This document shows, one piece after another, positions 10,865 through 21,939 of a stretch of DNA of 64,000 bases; the stretch's first letter is position 1; each line of letters opens with the position of its first letter. The notes under the pieces are model-generated. The model was not told the origin of the DNA and searched no databases. It saw only the letters and a list, made by a program, of their open reading frames with translations. Source of the stretch: Candidatus Yonathbacteria bacterium (lineage in GTDB: Bacteria > Patescibacteriota > Minisyncoccia > Phycocordibacterales > JACNGX01); assembly GCA_013334825.1 (NCBI GenBank), contig JAAXWR010000001.1, forward strand, positions 75,769-139,768, written 5' to 3'. A program made the position numbers and the translations under genes.

Positions 10865-12199
10865 ATGGATGATAATTCTTTTCACATTGAACATGTGCAT
10901 TATGTGCATATGATTGGTATTGGTGGCATTGGTGTGTCCGCGCTTGCGCGAATGTTTCTCGCGCGTGGTATTACGGTATCGGGATCTGATATATCGGAGA
11001 GCGTTGTAACGCGCGCGCTTGAGGAGAGGGGTGCCGTCGTCACCATTGGGCAGGCTGTCAATAACATTCCAGAAGATGTGGACATGATTGTGTATTCGCC
11101 GGCAATTGTTCCTGGAAATCCTGAATATGATGAGGCAGTGCGTCGCGGTGTGCCTATGTTTTCGTATCCAGAGACGCTTGGTATTATCTCGTGTGGTATG
11201 ACAACGATTGCGGTATCAGGTACGCACGGTAAGACCACGACAACAGCGATGATTGCGCATATTCTGGTGAAGACGGGGAAGAGTCCGACTGTTGTCGCGG
11301 GGAGTTTGATGAACTCTATGCCTGCACACGGTATCTCAGAGCGGACGAATTTTATCGCAGGAGAGAGTGATATGTTTGTTGTAGAAGCCTGTGAGTACAA
11401 ACGTTCGTTTCTGAATCTTTCGCCTTCAGTACTTGTTATCACAAATATTGAAGAAGACCATCTGGATTATTATAAAGACATTGATGATATTCTTGATGCG
11501 TTCAAAGCGCTTGTGGAAAAGACGGGTGAGAAGGGAACAGTGATCGTTGATATGTCGCTCCCGCATATGAGAGAGGCACTTGATGGATATACAGGGACGA
11601 TTGTCGATACACGAAGTGTTGAAGGAGACATCACACTTGCAGTGCCAGGGATGCATAATGTGGCGAATGCGCGCGCGGCGGTCGCCGCCGCGCGCGCATG
11701 TGGTGTTTCGGGAGAAGATGCACGAAAGGCACTCGAAGACTTTAAAGGTACATGGCGACGAAGCGAATACAAGGGACTTACACCACAAGGAGCACGTGTC
11801 TTTGATGATTATGCGCATCATCCGACAGAAATACGAGCAACACTTGCAGGTTTTCGCACTACATATCCCCAAAAGCGTCTGACAGTCGTCTTTCAACCGC
11901 ACTTGTATTCTCGCACGCGAGAGTTTTTGCATGATTTTGCTGAGGCGTTTTCTGATGCGGATACGATTATTGTCACGGATATTTATGCCGCACGTGAAAA
12001 AGATACAGGGCTTGTGCATGCGCGTGACATTGTCGCATTATCAACACATGCTGATATGCGCTATGGTGGAACACATGATACGAGTATACATATTCTTGAA
12101 GACACAACACAGCTCGACGAGCATACTATTCTTATCACTATGGGAGCGGGCGATGTGTATACGATAGGGGAACGTCTTTTATTGAATGAAGAAATGTGA
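10865..12199 (+). CDS. murC: UDP-N-acetylmuramate--L-alanine ligase
   Basis: GIGGIGVSALA, GTHGKTTT, DDYAHHPTE, FQPHLYSRT. Confidence 0.96.
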   Translation: MDDNSFHIEHVHYVHMIGIGGIGVSALARMFLARGITVSGSDISESVVTRALEERGAVVTIGQAVNNIPEDVDMIVYSPAIVPGNPEYDEAVRRGVPMFSYPETLGIISCGMTTIAVSGTHGKTTTTAMIAHILVKTGKSPTVVAGSLMNSMPAHGISERTNFIAGESDMFVVEACEYKRSFLNLSPSVLVITNIEEDHLDYYKDIDDILDAFKALVEKTGEKGTVIVDMSLPHMREALDGYTGTIVDTRSVEGDITLAVPGMHNVANARAAVAAARACGVSGEDARKALEDFKGTWRRSEYKGLTPQGARVFDDYAHHPTEIRATLAGFRTTYPQKRLTVVFQPHLYSRTREFLHDFAEAFSDADTIIVTDIYAAREKDTGLVHARDIVALSTHADMRYGGTHDTSIHILEDTTQLDEHTILITMGAGDVYTIGERLLLNEEM

Positions 12200-12212
12200 T
12201 ATACATGACAGT

Positions 12213-12893
12213 ATGGCAACACTTTCTATTGTAGCAACACCAATTGGTAATCTCGAAGACATAACGCTTCGTGCTATTCGTGTACTCAAAGAAGCGGATA
12301 TCGTGTTGTGTGAAGATACGCGTGTGACAAAGCATCTGCTCGATAAGTATGATATTGCCACACCAACAATGCGATATGACGCACACAGCACGCCCACACA
12401 ACAAGAACGTATTTTTAGTCTCCTTGATGAAGGGAAGCACGTGGCACTAGTATCTGACGCGGGAACGCCTGGTATTTCAGACCCAGGGACACACTTAGTG
12501 GGGCTTGTAAGAAAGCGATTGGGAGAGGAAGTTACTATCGAAGCGATTCCCGGACCATCCGCGCTTACTGCAGCACTCTCAATTAGTGGTTTATCACTCG
12601 CATCCTTTATATTTCTCGGTTTTCTTCCACAGAAAAAAGGGAGACAAACACTCTTTACGGAAATTGCTAGATCTGAACGTGCGGTCGTGTTGTATGAATC
12701 ACCACACCGTATCATAAAGACACTAGAAACCTTTGCGGAAATGATGCCAGAACGTACAGTGGCAATTGGAAGAGAGCTGACAAAGATACATGAAGAATTT
12801 GTTTCAGGAAGTGCTGATGAACTTCTTGCATATTTCATTGCGCACCCTGATAAAGTGAGAGGGGAATTTGTCGTCATTGTTGGTGGGTTGTAG
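12213..12893 (+). CDS. rsmI: 16S rRNA (C1402-2'-O)-methyltransferase
   Basis: VATPIGNLEDITLRA, CEDTR, SDAGTPGISDPG, YESPHR, RELTKIHEE. Confidence 0.96.
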   Translation: MATLSIVATPIGNLEDITLRAIRVLKEADIVLCEDTRVTKHLLDKYDIATPTMRYDAHSTPTQQERIFSLLDEGKHVALVSDAGTPGISDPGTHLVGLVRKRLGEEVTIEAIPGPSALTAALSISGLSLASFIFLGFLPQKKGRQTLFTEIARSERAVVLYESPHRIIKTLETFAEMMPERTVAIGRELTKIHEEFVSGSADELLAYFIAHPDKVRGEFVVIVGGL

Positions 12894-12956
12894 TAAAGGA
12901 AAAAGATATATTCGGTGCGCTTTTCTTTTTGTATATTTAGCCTTATAATGGCATAT

Positions 12957-13250
12957 ATGCAACGACTTATCACCACTATCATTCTTGCTCTTGTTGTCGC
13001 CGTGTTTCCGCATCTTGGTTTTCCTGGATATATCAAGACCGCGGCAATAACACTTTTTTCACTTGCCATCGCTCTCATTGCGTATATGGGGTATCGTGAA
13101 GCAAAACACGAGACCCCGTTACCCATGGTATCTTTGCCGCATATGCGCATGCCGTCGTTAAAGAAAAAGAAAACACCAGCGTTTTTCTCAGGCGAGACGT
13201 CTCCTCGTTCATCTGATGAAGATACAGTTTCTAGAGAAGAGACACATTAA
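12957..13250 (+). CDS. Small two-TM membrane protein
   Basis: Hydrophobic N-half with PHLGFP; TATAAT 7 nt before ATG. Confidence 0.6.
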   Translation: MQRLITTIILALVVAVFPHLGFPGYIKTAAITLFSLAIALIAYMGYREAKHETPLPMVSLPHMRMPSLKKKKTPAFFSGETSPRSSDEDTVSREETH

Positions 13251-13274
13251 TTGTCTCTTGTGAACATCGTGCCC

Positions 13275-14522
13275 ATGCGAAACATTTTCTCACATCTCGG
13301 TCCTATTGGGCACGGACTTCTTGCGGGATCCGTGATGCTTGGCTCAATCGCCATAGCGTATTTTGGTGTACCATTTTCATCTATGGAATATGATGCAGAC
13401 GGTGAATCTGAGACAGCAAATGTTTTTGACATGTTTAATGCATCAAAAACACAAGAAGAAGAGACACCTCTTATTATCTCTGCTTCGCACGTACGTATCC
13501 CCGAACCACTCAAAGCGGTGTATATGACAGCATGTGCTGCGGCGACACCATCTTTTCGTGAACATATTGTGAACATCGCTGAAACAACTGCAGTAAATGC
13601 GGTTATTATTGATATTAAAGATTATAGTGGAACGATATCATTTGCCACCGGCATCCCCGAACTTGATGATGCGACAGAGAATGCCCCCGGATGTGTCGTC
13701 AATGACATGAAAGAATTCGTTGCCGACCTGCACGCAAAACATGTCTATGTGATTGGACGTATCACTGTTTTTCAAGATCCTTATTACGCACCCAAACATC
13801 CAAGTCTTGCAGTACAACGTAAGAGTGACGGTGCCGTATGGAAAGATAGAAAAGGTATTAGTTTTGTGGATGTGTCGGCACAGGAGTATTGGGATGTTAT
13901 TGTGTCTTTGTCGCGCGCGTCATATCTTGCTGGTTTTGACGAACTTAACTACGATTATGTACGGTTTCCATCTGATGGAAATATGACAGATATTCGTTTC
14001 CCAAAAAGCGCGACCATTCTCGCTGAGAATGGAGAACAAGGCAAGGCAATTGCATTGGAAAACTTTTTTATATATCTTTCCACAAAGATGCATGAGACGG
14101 AATGGCTTCCCAAAGGGGATACAGGACCGATGCTATCCGCTGATCTTTTTGGTATGACAGCATCCAATACCGATGACTTGGGTATAGGACAAGTGCTTGA
14201 GCGAGCGGCACCACATTTTGATTTTATCGCGCCGATGGTATACCCTTCACATTATCCACCACAATTCAATGGATATGCTGATCCCAACGACCATCCCTAT
14301 GATATTATTAAATACGCCATGGACACTGCGTCTGCACGACTTGTTGCGATAGGAGAAAGTCCACTTAAGTTGCGTCCTTGGCTTCAGGATTTTGATTATC
14401 CCGTTGATTATACACCTGCGATGGTGTCGGCACAGATTCGTGCGACATATGACGCAGGATTGACGTCATGGATGATGTGGGACCCCGCAAACACCTATAC
14501 ACCATCGGTATTAAGCAATTAA
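13275..14522 (+). CDS. Putative glycoside hydrolase (DUF4015-like)
   Basis: NAVIIDIKD, RITVFQDP, GFDELNYDYVRFP, PMVYPSHY, RPWLQDF. Confidence 0.85.
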   Translation: MRNIFSHLGPIGHGLLAGSVMLGSIAIAYFGVPFSSMEYDADGESETANVFDMFNASKTQEEETPLIISASHVRIPEPLKAVYMTACAAATPSFREHIVNIAETTAVNAVIIDIKDYSGTISFATGIPELDDATENAPGCVVNDMKEFVADLHAKHVYVIGRITVFQDPYYAPKHPSLAVQRKSDGAVWKDRKGISFVDVSAQEYWDVIVSLSRASYLAGFDELNYDYVRFPSDGNMTDIRFPKSATILAENGEQGKAIALENFFIYLSTKMHETEWLPKGDTGPMLSADLFGMTASNTDDLGIGQVLERAAPHFDFIAPMVYPSHYPPQFNGYADPNDHPYDIIKYAMDTASARLVAIGESPLKLRPWLQDFDYPVDYTPAMVSAQIRATYDAGLTSWMMWDPANTYTPSVLSN

Positions 14523-14535
14523 TTTTTTTACTTGT

Positions 14536-15792
14536 ATGATAACTCGTCGGATTATTTTTTCATTTGTTGCATTACTTTTCCTATGTGTGATGCCATTTGG
14601 CGCACGTGCGGCAGCAGATGATGTAACAGTGTACCTTTTTTACGGAGATGGATGCCCGCATTGCGCTCATGAAGAAGCGTTTCTTGATACACTAGAAGCG
14701 CAGGGCATGCTTCGCACAGAACGACTTGAAGTGTGGTACCACCCAGAGAACAGAGAGCTACTGCAAGACGTGGCGACACGTTTGAATATAACGGTTTCTG
14801 GCGTTCCGGTTACCGTCGTTCGCGACAAAGCATTTGTGGGTTGGCAGAGTGATGAGACTTCGGGTGCGCAACTTGTCACCTTGGTGAATGCGCTTCGGGG
14901 TGGAGATGCACCTGATGTCGTTGCGGAGATTCGCGGTGGCACAAAAGGAGAAGGGGAAGCATCTGTAGATACAACAGGTGGTGATGTTTCCGATGCTATA
15001 CCAGATACGACATCATTTGTTCCCGATACGGTTAGTTCCGCATTTGATACACACACTCTCCCGTCTCTTGGCGGATGGTCGGTTGCTGACATGTCACTTC
15101 CGTTTGCGACGGCAGTGTTCGGGCTTCTTGATGGTTTTAATCCGTGCGCGATGTGGGCGCTTGTCTTTTTGATAACGCTTCTCTTTCATATGAAAGACCG
15201 ACGTAAGATGTGGATACTCGGTGGGACATTTATCCTTGTGTCGGGTATTGTGTATTTTCTTTTTCTTGCAGCATGGCTCAATGTCATGTTTGTGCTTGGA
15301 GGACTTGGATGGATGCGCGCAGTTATTGGGTTTGTGGCGCTCGGAGGTGGAGGATGGTATTTATATGAATGGAAGACAGCACCTCCCGCAGGGTGTGTTG
15401 TGACAAATGAATCACAAAAGGAACGATTGTTAGAACGTATGCGTGGCGCGATTGGACAAAAAAGTTTTTTGTTGTCGCTTGGAGGTATTATTGTTGTCGC
15501 GGTACTCATCAATGCCGTTGAGCTTGTATGTTCGGCAGGACTTCCCGCTGTGTATACGCAAATTATCGCATTGCATGACTTGCCGTTTTGGGCGTATTAT
15601 GGATATCTTTTATTGTACATACTCTTTTTCATGCTTGATGACATGATTGTATTTGGTGCAGCGATGGCGACACTTCGTCTCACGGGTATTAATGCCAAAT
15701 ACACACGTATCTCACATCTCATCGGTGGTATACTCATGATTATTATCGGCATACTCCTCATCCTCAAGCCAGAATTGTTGCTGTTCGGGTAA
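14536..15792 (+). CDS. Glutaredoxin/thioredoxin domain fused to DsbD/CcdA-like TM domain
   Basis: CPHC; DGFNPCAMW; ELVCSAGLP; multiple TM helices. Confidence 0.85.
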   Translation: MITRRIIFSFVALLFLCVMPFGARAAADDVTVYLFYGDGCPHCAHEEAFLDTLEAQGMLRTERLEVWYHPENRELLQDVATRLNITVSGVPVTVVRDKAFVGWQSDETSGAQLVTLVNALRGGDAPDVVAEIRGGTKGEGEASVDTTGGDVSDAIPDTTSFVPDTVSSAFDTHTLPSLGGWSVADMSLPFATAVFGLLDGFNPCAMWALVFLITLLFHMKDRRKMWILGGTFILVSGIVYFLFLAAWLNVMFVLGGLGWMRAVIGFVALGGGGWYLYEWKTAPPAGCVVTNESQKERLLERMRGAIGQKSFLLSLGGIIVVAVLINAVELVCSAGLPAVYTQIIALHDLPFWAYYGYLLLYILFFMLDDMIVFGAAMATLRLTGINAKYTRISHLIGGILMIIIGILLILKPELLLFG

Positions 15793-15862
15793 TACTTGCA
15801 AAGTTTTGTATTTTGTGGTATATGTGTATCTGGTTATATTTTTTCAAATTAAATGAATAAAG

Positions 15863-16075
15863 ATGCCGGTAAAAACTTTTGTTCGAGAGTATTCTTCAGT
15901 TGAGGATGGTACCATAAAGGAAATATTTGAAAGCCTCGATAATGAGGTGTACGAATGTTTTCGTAACATGGAGATTGATGTTGCTGACTCCATCCTTGCA
16001 ATGCCTCGAGGGATTCTTATTCTTCGTAAGGTTACATACCGTGGATCCCCTTTTTATCCCCCAGGGGCTGACTAG
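15863..16075 (+). CDS. Hypothetical small protein
   Basis: 70-codon ORF with upstream -10-like box and downstream terminator. Confidence 0.45.
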   Translation: MPVKTFVREYSSVEDGTIKEIFESLDNEVYECFRNMEIDVADSILAMPRGILILRKVTYRGSPFYPPGAD

Positions 16076-16299
16076 AGAATGATGTTTTGAAGCGCGGACG
16101 GCAGTCCGCGTTTTTTTGTTTCATTTTTTATTGTCATAGATTGAATCCTGCATAGTTTTAGTTGTTTTTCGATATCACTTTTATACATAACGGATGTGCA
16201 TAAAGTGAAATTAGTATCAGTCCATTCACTTTTTCAGTAACAATGTCATTTGCAAAAGTGGGGATGAATCCACATTGTGAGTAACATAAAACAGTCGTC

Positions 16300-16399
16300 T
16301 TCGTATGTTCCCTAGCACTATGCACTGTGCACCACGTAGGATGCACAGCAAGCCACGTGGGATGCACAGCACGCCATGTAGGGTGCAGGGCAAGCGTAC
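16300..16399 (-). repeat. CC(T)ACGTGG-core palindromic element with internal ~21-bp tandem units ('empty' allele of 49464-49777)
   Basis: Reverse complement aligns to 49464-49472 plus 49667-49777. Confidence 0.85.
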
Positions 16400-16455
16400 T
16401 CGTTTGTACTTCGTAACCACTATACTATTCGTAAACAAAAACGAACTCAAAAAAA

Positions 16456-16514
<59 letters not shown>

Positions 16515-16532
16515 TTCTGCTATACTATAGTC

Positions 16533-18686
16533 ATGTCTTCTGATGCTCAACAGATAACCTATTTTGCTGAAACTGATTTTCGCAATAAGCGACAAAAGTT
16601 TGGTGTCAAAGCAAGTGACCGCACACGTCACATGTATGTGATTGGAAAGACGGGTATGGGAAAGTCTACCATGCTCGAGAATATGGCGATTCAAGATATC
16701 TTGAACGGTAATGGTGTCGCGGTGATGGACCCGCACGGAGACTTTGCGGAAAAGATTCTTGAATATGTGCCCGAAGAACGCATCAATGATGTTGTGTATT
16801 TTGCGCCGTTTGATATGGATTACCCCATCTCATTTAACGTGATGGAAGACGTTGGATATGACAAGCGACACTTGGTGGTATCTGGTCTCATGAGCGCGTT
16901 TGAAAAGATTTGGGCGGACGCATGGTCGGCGCGTATGGCGTATATTTTGCAAAATACACTTTTTGCATTGCTCGAATATCCAGACTCGACGCTTCTTGAT
17001 ATCAATAAAATGCTTGTCAACAAGACGTTTCGCAAGGATGTCGTGGACAAGGTGACAGACCCGACGGTGAAATCATTTTGGGTTGATGAATTTGCCAAAT
17101 ATACTGACCGGTATACGCAAGAGGCGACACCTGCCATTCAAAACAAAATCGGACAGTTTACTTCCAATCCACTCATTAGAAATATTGTTGGACAGCCGAA
17201 CTCAACCTTTGATATTCGCAAGATAATGGATGATAAAAAGATTCTCATCATGAACTTGTCCAAAGGACGTATCGGTGAAAGTAATACCAATCTGCTCGGA
17301 AGTATGCTCATTACAAAGATTTATCTTGCCGCGATGTCTCGTGCTGATGATCCCAACAGAGCAAATTTACCAAACTTTTATTTCTTTGTGGACGAGTTTC
17401 AGTCATTTGCGAATAAATCGTTTGCGGATATTTTGTCCGAGGCACGTAAATATAAATTAAATCTCACCATCGCACACCAGTATATTGAGCAGATGGATGA
17501 AGAGGTGCGCAGTGCGGTCTTTGGTAACGTCGGTTCTATGATTGTTTTTCGTGTTGGTTCGTTTGACGCGGATATTTTTGAAAAAGAATTTGCCCCACAA
17601 TTTGTTGCCGAGGATATTGTGAATCTTGGTTTCGCACAAATATATTTGCGTCTGATGATTGATGGTGTGGGATCCAAGCCGTTTTCCGCGACGACATTAC
17701 CACCGATTCAATTGCCCCCAGTATCCATGAAGAATCGTGTGATTGAAACATCGCGTGCATTGTACGCGCGCCCGCGTGTGGAAATTGAAGAAGTGGTGCG
17801 CACACGGCAAGCATTTTTGGCAGAAGATGCTTCGGCATCATCGGCAAAGCCAGCAGGATCATATGACCGTAAGACAGCAGGAGGGCAGGGGACAGTAAAT
17901 GGGTATGTTCCGCGTCCTTCCGGAGGAGGTTCAAACGGAGTGCGTCCACAATCAACTCCCCAAGGGAGCGGTGGATTTTCTCGTAATGATCGTCCTCAAG
18001 AACGAGATACACGTTCGCCCGTTTCGCCTGTGCCATCTACTCCGTCCAATCCTTCTTTGGGGAATGCGGAAGGTCGTCAGGGAGGAGTATCTCTTGATAC
18101 TGTACAAACAAAAGATGTGGGTGTTGCAACAAAATTTACCCCGCCTCTTTCTCATGGAAACCAGACTCCGTCTGTGTCTATTCTTCCTTCACGCGATACG
18201 TCTCGTACCAAGGGAGCGGTAACACCCCTTCCCGGGAGACGTCAGTTTACTGGTCCTGCTCCATCAGTATCTGATAATCGTAGACCTTCTCCCTCTGCGC
18301 AGTCTCGTCCCGCGACTTCCTCACCTATGAGAGAAGAGCGTCAAGTGTCTCTTAGTTCACTTAAAAAAGATATTGCGCATACTGCTCACTCGACACAAAA
18401 TAAAAATGCTCTTCGCGACGCGCTTCAAGGTGTGCTTGCTACTGTAGAAGCGCAAGGAAAAGCTTCCGCGTCTGTTCCTTTGCCGTCTTCCACGCATACG
18501 GCGCCTGTGTCAGAAGATGATGGATGGAAAACTATTCATGGAGAACCAGAGTTTGTAAAAAAACCTCTCACAGAAAATGCAGAAAAATCATCCGTTACTC
18601 CTTCACAAGACGCGCAAAAAGAACATGCATCTACACCAAAAGAAATTCCCGAAACTATTCTTCGTAAAGTACTTGATGATTTATAA
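16533..18686 (+). CDS. TraD/VirD4-like (type IV secretion DNA-binding) ATPase with long disordered C-terminus
   Basis: Walker A GKTGMGKST, DPHGD, Walker B FFVDEFQ, SEARKY, AHQY; P/S/T-rich tail. Confidence 0.88.
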   Translation: MSSDAQQITYFAETDFRNKRQKFGVKASDRTRHMYVIGKTGMGKSTMLENMAIQDILNGNGVAVMDPHGDFAEKILEYVPEERINDVVYFAPFDMDYPISFNVMEDVGYDKRHLVVSGLMSAFEKIWADAWSARMAYILQNTLFALLEYPDSTLLDINKMLVNKTFRKDVVDKVTDPTVKSFWVDEFAKYTDRYTQEATPAIQNKIGQFTSNPLIRNIVGQPNSTFDIRKIMDDKKILIMNLSKGRIGESNTNLLGSMLITKIYLAAMSRADDPNRANLPNFYFFVDEFQSFANKSFADILSEARKYKLNLTIAHQYIEQMDEEVRSAVFGNVGSMIVFRVGSFDADIFEKEFAPQFVAEDIVNLGFAQIYLRLMIDGVGSKPFSATTLPPIQLPPVSMKNRVIETSRALYARPRVEIEEVVRTRQAFLAEDASASSAKPAGSYDRKTAGGQGTVNGYVPRPSGGGSNGVRPQSTPQGSGGFSRNDRPQERDTRSPVSPVPSTPSNPSLGNAEGRQGGVSLDTVQTKDVGVATKFTPPLSHGNQTPSVSILPSRDTSRTKGAVTPLPGRRQFTGPAPSVSDNRRPSPSAQSRPATSSPMREERQVSLSSLKKDIAHTAHSTQNKNALRDALQGVLATVEAQGKASASVPLPSSTHTAPVSEDDGWKTIHGEPEFVKKPLTENAEKSSVTPSQDAQKEHASTPKEIPETILRKVLDDL

Positions 18687-18701
18687 GTTATTGTAAATCG
18701 T

Positions 18702-20294
18702 ATGAGACACATCTCACTCTCTATACACTATCAGTATATGATTGCCGTAGTGTTTTTGTTCGTGCCTGTTTTTGTGTTTGCCGATGTACGTATGACAGAG
18801 GTGATGTATGATCCTTCAGGCACAGACACGGGAAGAGAATGGATAGAAGTGTGCAATACTGGTGATACGGATATCACACTTTCAACATGGCGTCTATTTG
18901 AGGGTGATACTAATCACAAAATTACGACAACGACATCTTCGGAAAACGGTATACTTGGTGGACATGCATGCGCGATTATTGCAGATAAGCCTGATGCTTT
19001 TGCAAACGACTTTTCCGAGTATACGGGGCGAGTGTTTGACAGTACGTTTTCATTGAATAACACGGGAGAAACACTTATTCTTCGTGACGGTGATTTGATA
19101 GATAGTGATACTACTGTCTATGATGTATCAGCAAGTGGTGCTGGCGATGGTAATACTCTTTCGCGAACTGTATCAGGGGCATGGGTCGCCACTGCTCCCA
19201 ACCCAGGCGTTTGGGATCCTTCATCTTTTCCTGCTCCGATAGAAGCAGAAAAGGACGATACATCAAATACGAATGATGAAGAAGAAACAGAATCAAAAAC
19301 TGTCGAATCATCAGTACTTTCTTGGATTCCCAAACCATCTATCTATGCATACGCAGGGAAGGATACTACAGTGCTTGCGGGCGCATCAGTAGCATTTACA
19401 GGGCAGGGCGCGGGGACGACAAAAACACCACTTAAAATTGCCGAGTATGTATGGAACTTTGGTGACGGTACTATTATGCGTGGACAAAGCGTGTTTCATA
19501 CGTATCGGTACCCGGGAACATATATTGCATATCTCACTGTGGTGTCGGGGGACGTACAAGGAGGAGATAGTGTAACAATCACTGTCAAAGAGCCAAAACT
19601 TACTCTATCTGCGGTGGGGATGGAGTCTGATGATCGATATGTTGAAATAACGAACGGAGCATCAGAAGAAATTGAATTGTCATATTGGTATTTGCGCGCG
19701 GGAGAAAGACAGTTTCGGATCCCTGAACATACGTATATACAGGGAGGCGCATCCGTGCGTTTTCTGGAAGAAGTAACACAATTATCGCCCATGTCTCCTG
19801 ATAGAGTAGCGCTTCTGTATCCCAATCTTCGGACATATACGTCATACGCGGAGACAGTATCAAGAGATGGAGAAACACCTGTTGCGCGTGCAGTCGCATC
19901 CGTTACATCGGCGGTCAAGTCTGTCGCTCAGGCGATTACTACTCCTGTTGTCGAGACATCACAAGCGTCGCGCGCAAATATTGCGACACCAAACCCTACA
20001 GTTCCCGCGGTTTCCTCTGCTGTGGATGAAGGAATACCTCATCAAGAAGCGATACTACAAGACGGAGAAGAGGTAACTCTGTCTACTACACCAGAAGTGC
20101 TTTCTGTGAGCAATGCGGTCGCAGCATCCGCCGCGACAAGTGGCAGTCCCGAACGGTCGTTTTGGTATCTTGCACTTGGAGGTGTCATTATTCTTGGTAT
20201 GGCGGGTGCATTTATCGCAAGTGGGGGAGAAGGGAGAAAGCAAGAAAAAGAAGAAGAAACAAGAGAATCGGATGAATATGAGATTGTGGAGTAA
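18702..20294 (+). CDS. Surface protein with lamin-tail and PKD domains and a C-terminal TM
   Basis: TEVMYDP..D..REWIEVCN (LTD), WNFGDG (PKD), second LTD-like YVEITN. Confidence 0.82.
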   Translation: MRHISLSIHYQYMIAVVFLFVPVFVFADVRMTEVMYDPSGTDTGREWIEVCNTGDTDITLSTWRLFEGDTNHKITTTTSSENGILGGHACAIIADKPDAFANDFSEYTGRVFDSTFSLNNTGETLILRDGDLIDSDTTVYDVSASGAGDGNTLSRTVSGAWVATAPNPGVWDPSSFPAPIEAEKDDTSNTNDEEETESKTVESSVLSWIPKPSIYAYAGKDTTVLAGASVAFTGQGAGTTKTPLKIAEYVWNFGDGTIMRGQSVFHTYRYPGTYIAYLTVVSGDVQGGDSVTITVKEPKLTLSAVGMESDDRYVEITNGASEEIELSYWYLRAGERQFRIPEHTYIQGGASVRFLEEVTQLSPMSPDRVALLYPNLRTYTSYAETVSRDGETPVARAVASVTSAVKSVAQAITTPVVETSQASRANIATPNPTVPAVSSAVDEGIPHQEAILQDGEEVTLSTTPEVLSVSNAVAASAATSGSPERSFWYLALGGVIILGMAGAFIASGGEGRKQEKEEETRESDEYEIVE

Positions 20295-20694
20295 ATGAAT
20301 GTTTATTGTAAGAGAAAATATATTTGAGAAAACCATTTTTATACGTGATATAATTATGTTGTGATAGTGAATTATTATTTTATTTTTTATATATGAAATC
20401 AATACAGATAACTATTTGTAAAAACGGTGAATGTAATAACTATAGAATACCAAAAGAATATGGTTTTGATTTGGTTGATATGATTGCTTTGAGTAATCCA
20501 GCGGAAGCGAAAATGTCTGGAGCAACAATGCCCGAATATTATATAGAAAAAATTGAGATAGAAGAATAATATACGTTGTTTTGATTTGTGTGATGAAATT
20601 ATTTTTTCTCCACAATAACTTATTTTGACAAGCAATGTCTACGAGATACAATATAGTCGTTATTTATTCGCTCTCGTTATTCTTCATAACCAAT

Positions 20695-21258
20695 ATGAGA
20701 AATATACTTATACTTACATGCGCAATACTCCTTGGGGTGGGAGGTTTTTTAGCGCTTGCGATTTTTGTTAATCCCACGGATACACTTGCATATTCTTATT
20801 CTGGTAAAAAATGGAACACAACATCTGTTGGTGTTGATGTGAGTGACGCAAGTTGGCCCAGCAGTTGGATTTCTCCTCTCGCATCTGCCATGAGCGCGTG
20901 GAATGGAGCGTCATCTCCGTTTACCTTTTCTTCCAGCGCATCAGGACATAAGTTCACGAGATCAAATATGGGTGTCGGCCCTTTGGCGGTTAATACGACT
21001 TCCTACATTGGAAGTACTATCGTCGATTGCGATACAAATTTCAATCTCTACTACAGCTGGTCCACTTCGGGAAGCGGTTGTTGTTATGACGTACAAAGTG
21101 TCGCCACACATGAATTGGGACACTGGTTAATGCTCTATGATCTTTATGGTGGAGGTGATACTGAAAAAACGATGTATTGGAGCGCCACGACAGGAGAGAC
21201 AAAAAAGAGGTCTCTCCATTCCGACGACATTAACGGCATTAACTATATTTATCCTTAA
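20695..21258 (+). CDS. Matrixin (M10-like) metalloprotease, secreted
   Basis: HELGHWLMLYD, Met-turn TMY, LHSDDINGINYIY. Confidence 0.85.
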   Translation: MRNILILTCAILLGVGGFLALAIFVNPTDTLAYSYSGKKWNTTSVGVDVSDASWPSSWISPLASAMSAWNGASSPFTFSSSASGHKFTRSNMGVGPLAVNTTSYIGSTIVDCDTNFNLYYSWSTSGSGCCYDVQSVATHELGHWLMLYDLYGGGDTEKTMYWSATTGETKKRSLHSDDINGINYIYP

Positions 21259-21293
21259 GATTTCAAATTATTAGTTTTTTTATTTTCAACAAT

Positions 21294-21860
21294 ATGACAA
21301 TTCAGAAAATACTTATCCCAGTAATGATTTTGGTTGTCGTAGCCGTGGGCATCTTTAGTGCCGTGTCATTTGGACGTCAAGATCAAAAGGTTACGATTCA
21401 ATCAAATGCTTCTTTTGCAAAAGTGACGAAAGACGAACTCATACAAAACTCAGATGCACTCGCGATTGTAACGGTGGAAAATATCAAAAGTTTCGAGGAT
21501 GTTTCAGATATTCGACCCGGAAAGCAAGATGTGTTCAGTGATGTTACTGTGGTAGTTAACGAATATCTTTATAATCCTCAAAAATTGACAGACTCCGAGC
21601 TAGTGTTGCGTGTATTGGGAGGGGAAACTGAAGATACGAAAATGATTGTAAACGGAGGAGCTTCCTTTGAAGAGGGCGAACAAGCAGCTGTATTTTTGAA
21701 AAGAAAAGATGACCAGGTTTTTGAAGTTGTAGGTTGGGCACAAGGTAAATATACCATTAAAGAAGACAGTATTGGGCAAGGTCAAGAAAAAGTATTTATG
21801 AAAGATATCTTTGGAAAAGAAATGACCCTTGATGACTTTAGATCCGAATTTACCGAGTAA
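21294..21860 (+). CDS. Membrane-anchored hypothetical protein (OB-like; possible protease partner)
   Basis: N-terminal TM; LRVLGG...FEEGE..AVFL motif; co-oriented with matrixin. Confidence 0.65.
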   Translation: MTIQKILIPVMILVVVAVGIFSAVSFGRQDQKVTIQSNASFAKVTKDELIQNSDALAIVTVENIKSFEDVSDIRPGKQDVFSDVTVVVNEYLYNPQKLTDSELVLRVLGGETEDTKMIVNGGASFEEGEQAAVFLKRKDDQVFEVVGWAQGKYTIKEDSIGQGQEKVFMKDIFGKEMTLDDFRSEFTE

Positions 21861-21939
21861 GATAATTTTACGCTCAAAGCGCAAAAAACACCCACAAGGG
21901 TGTTTTTTGCTTAACTATCGCTCGGATGTTGGGCGTGAG

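Noticed and set aside
16533-18686. Conjugative element / ICE
   Set aside because: A lone VirD4-like ATPase without relaxase, VirB genes or integrase; such genes are common chromosomal CPR genes.
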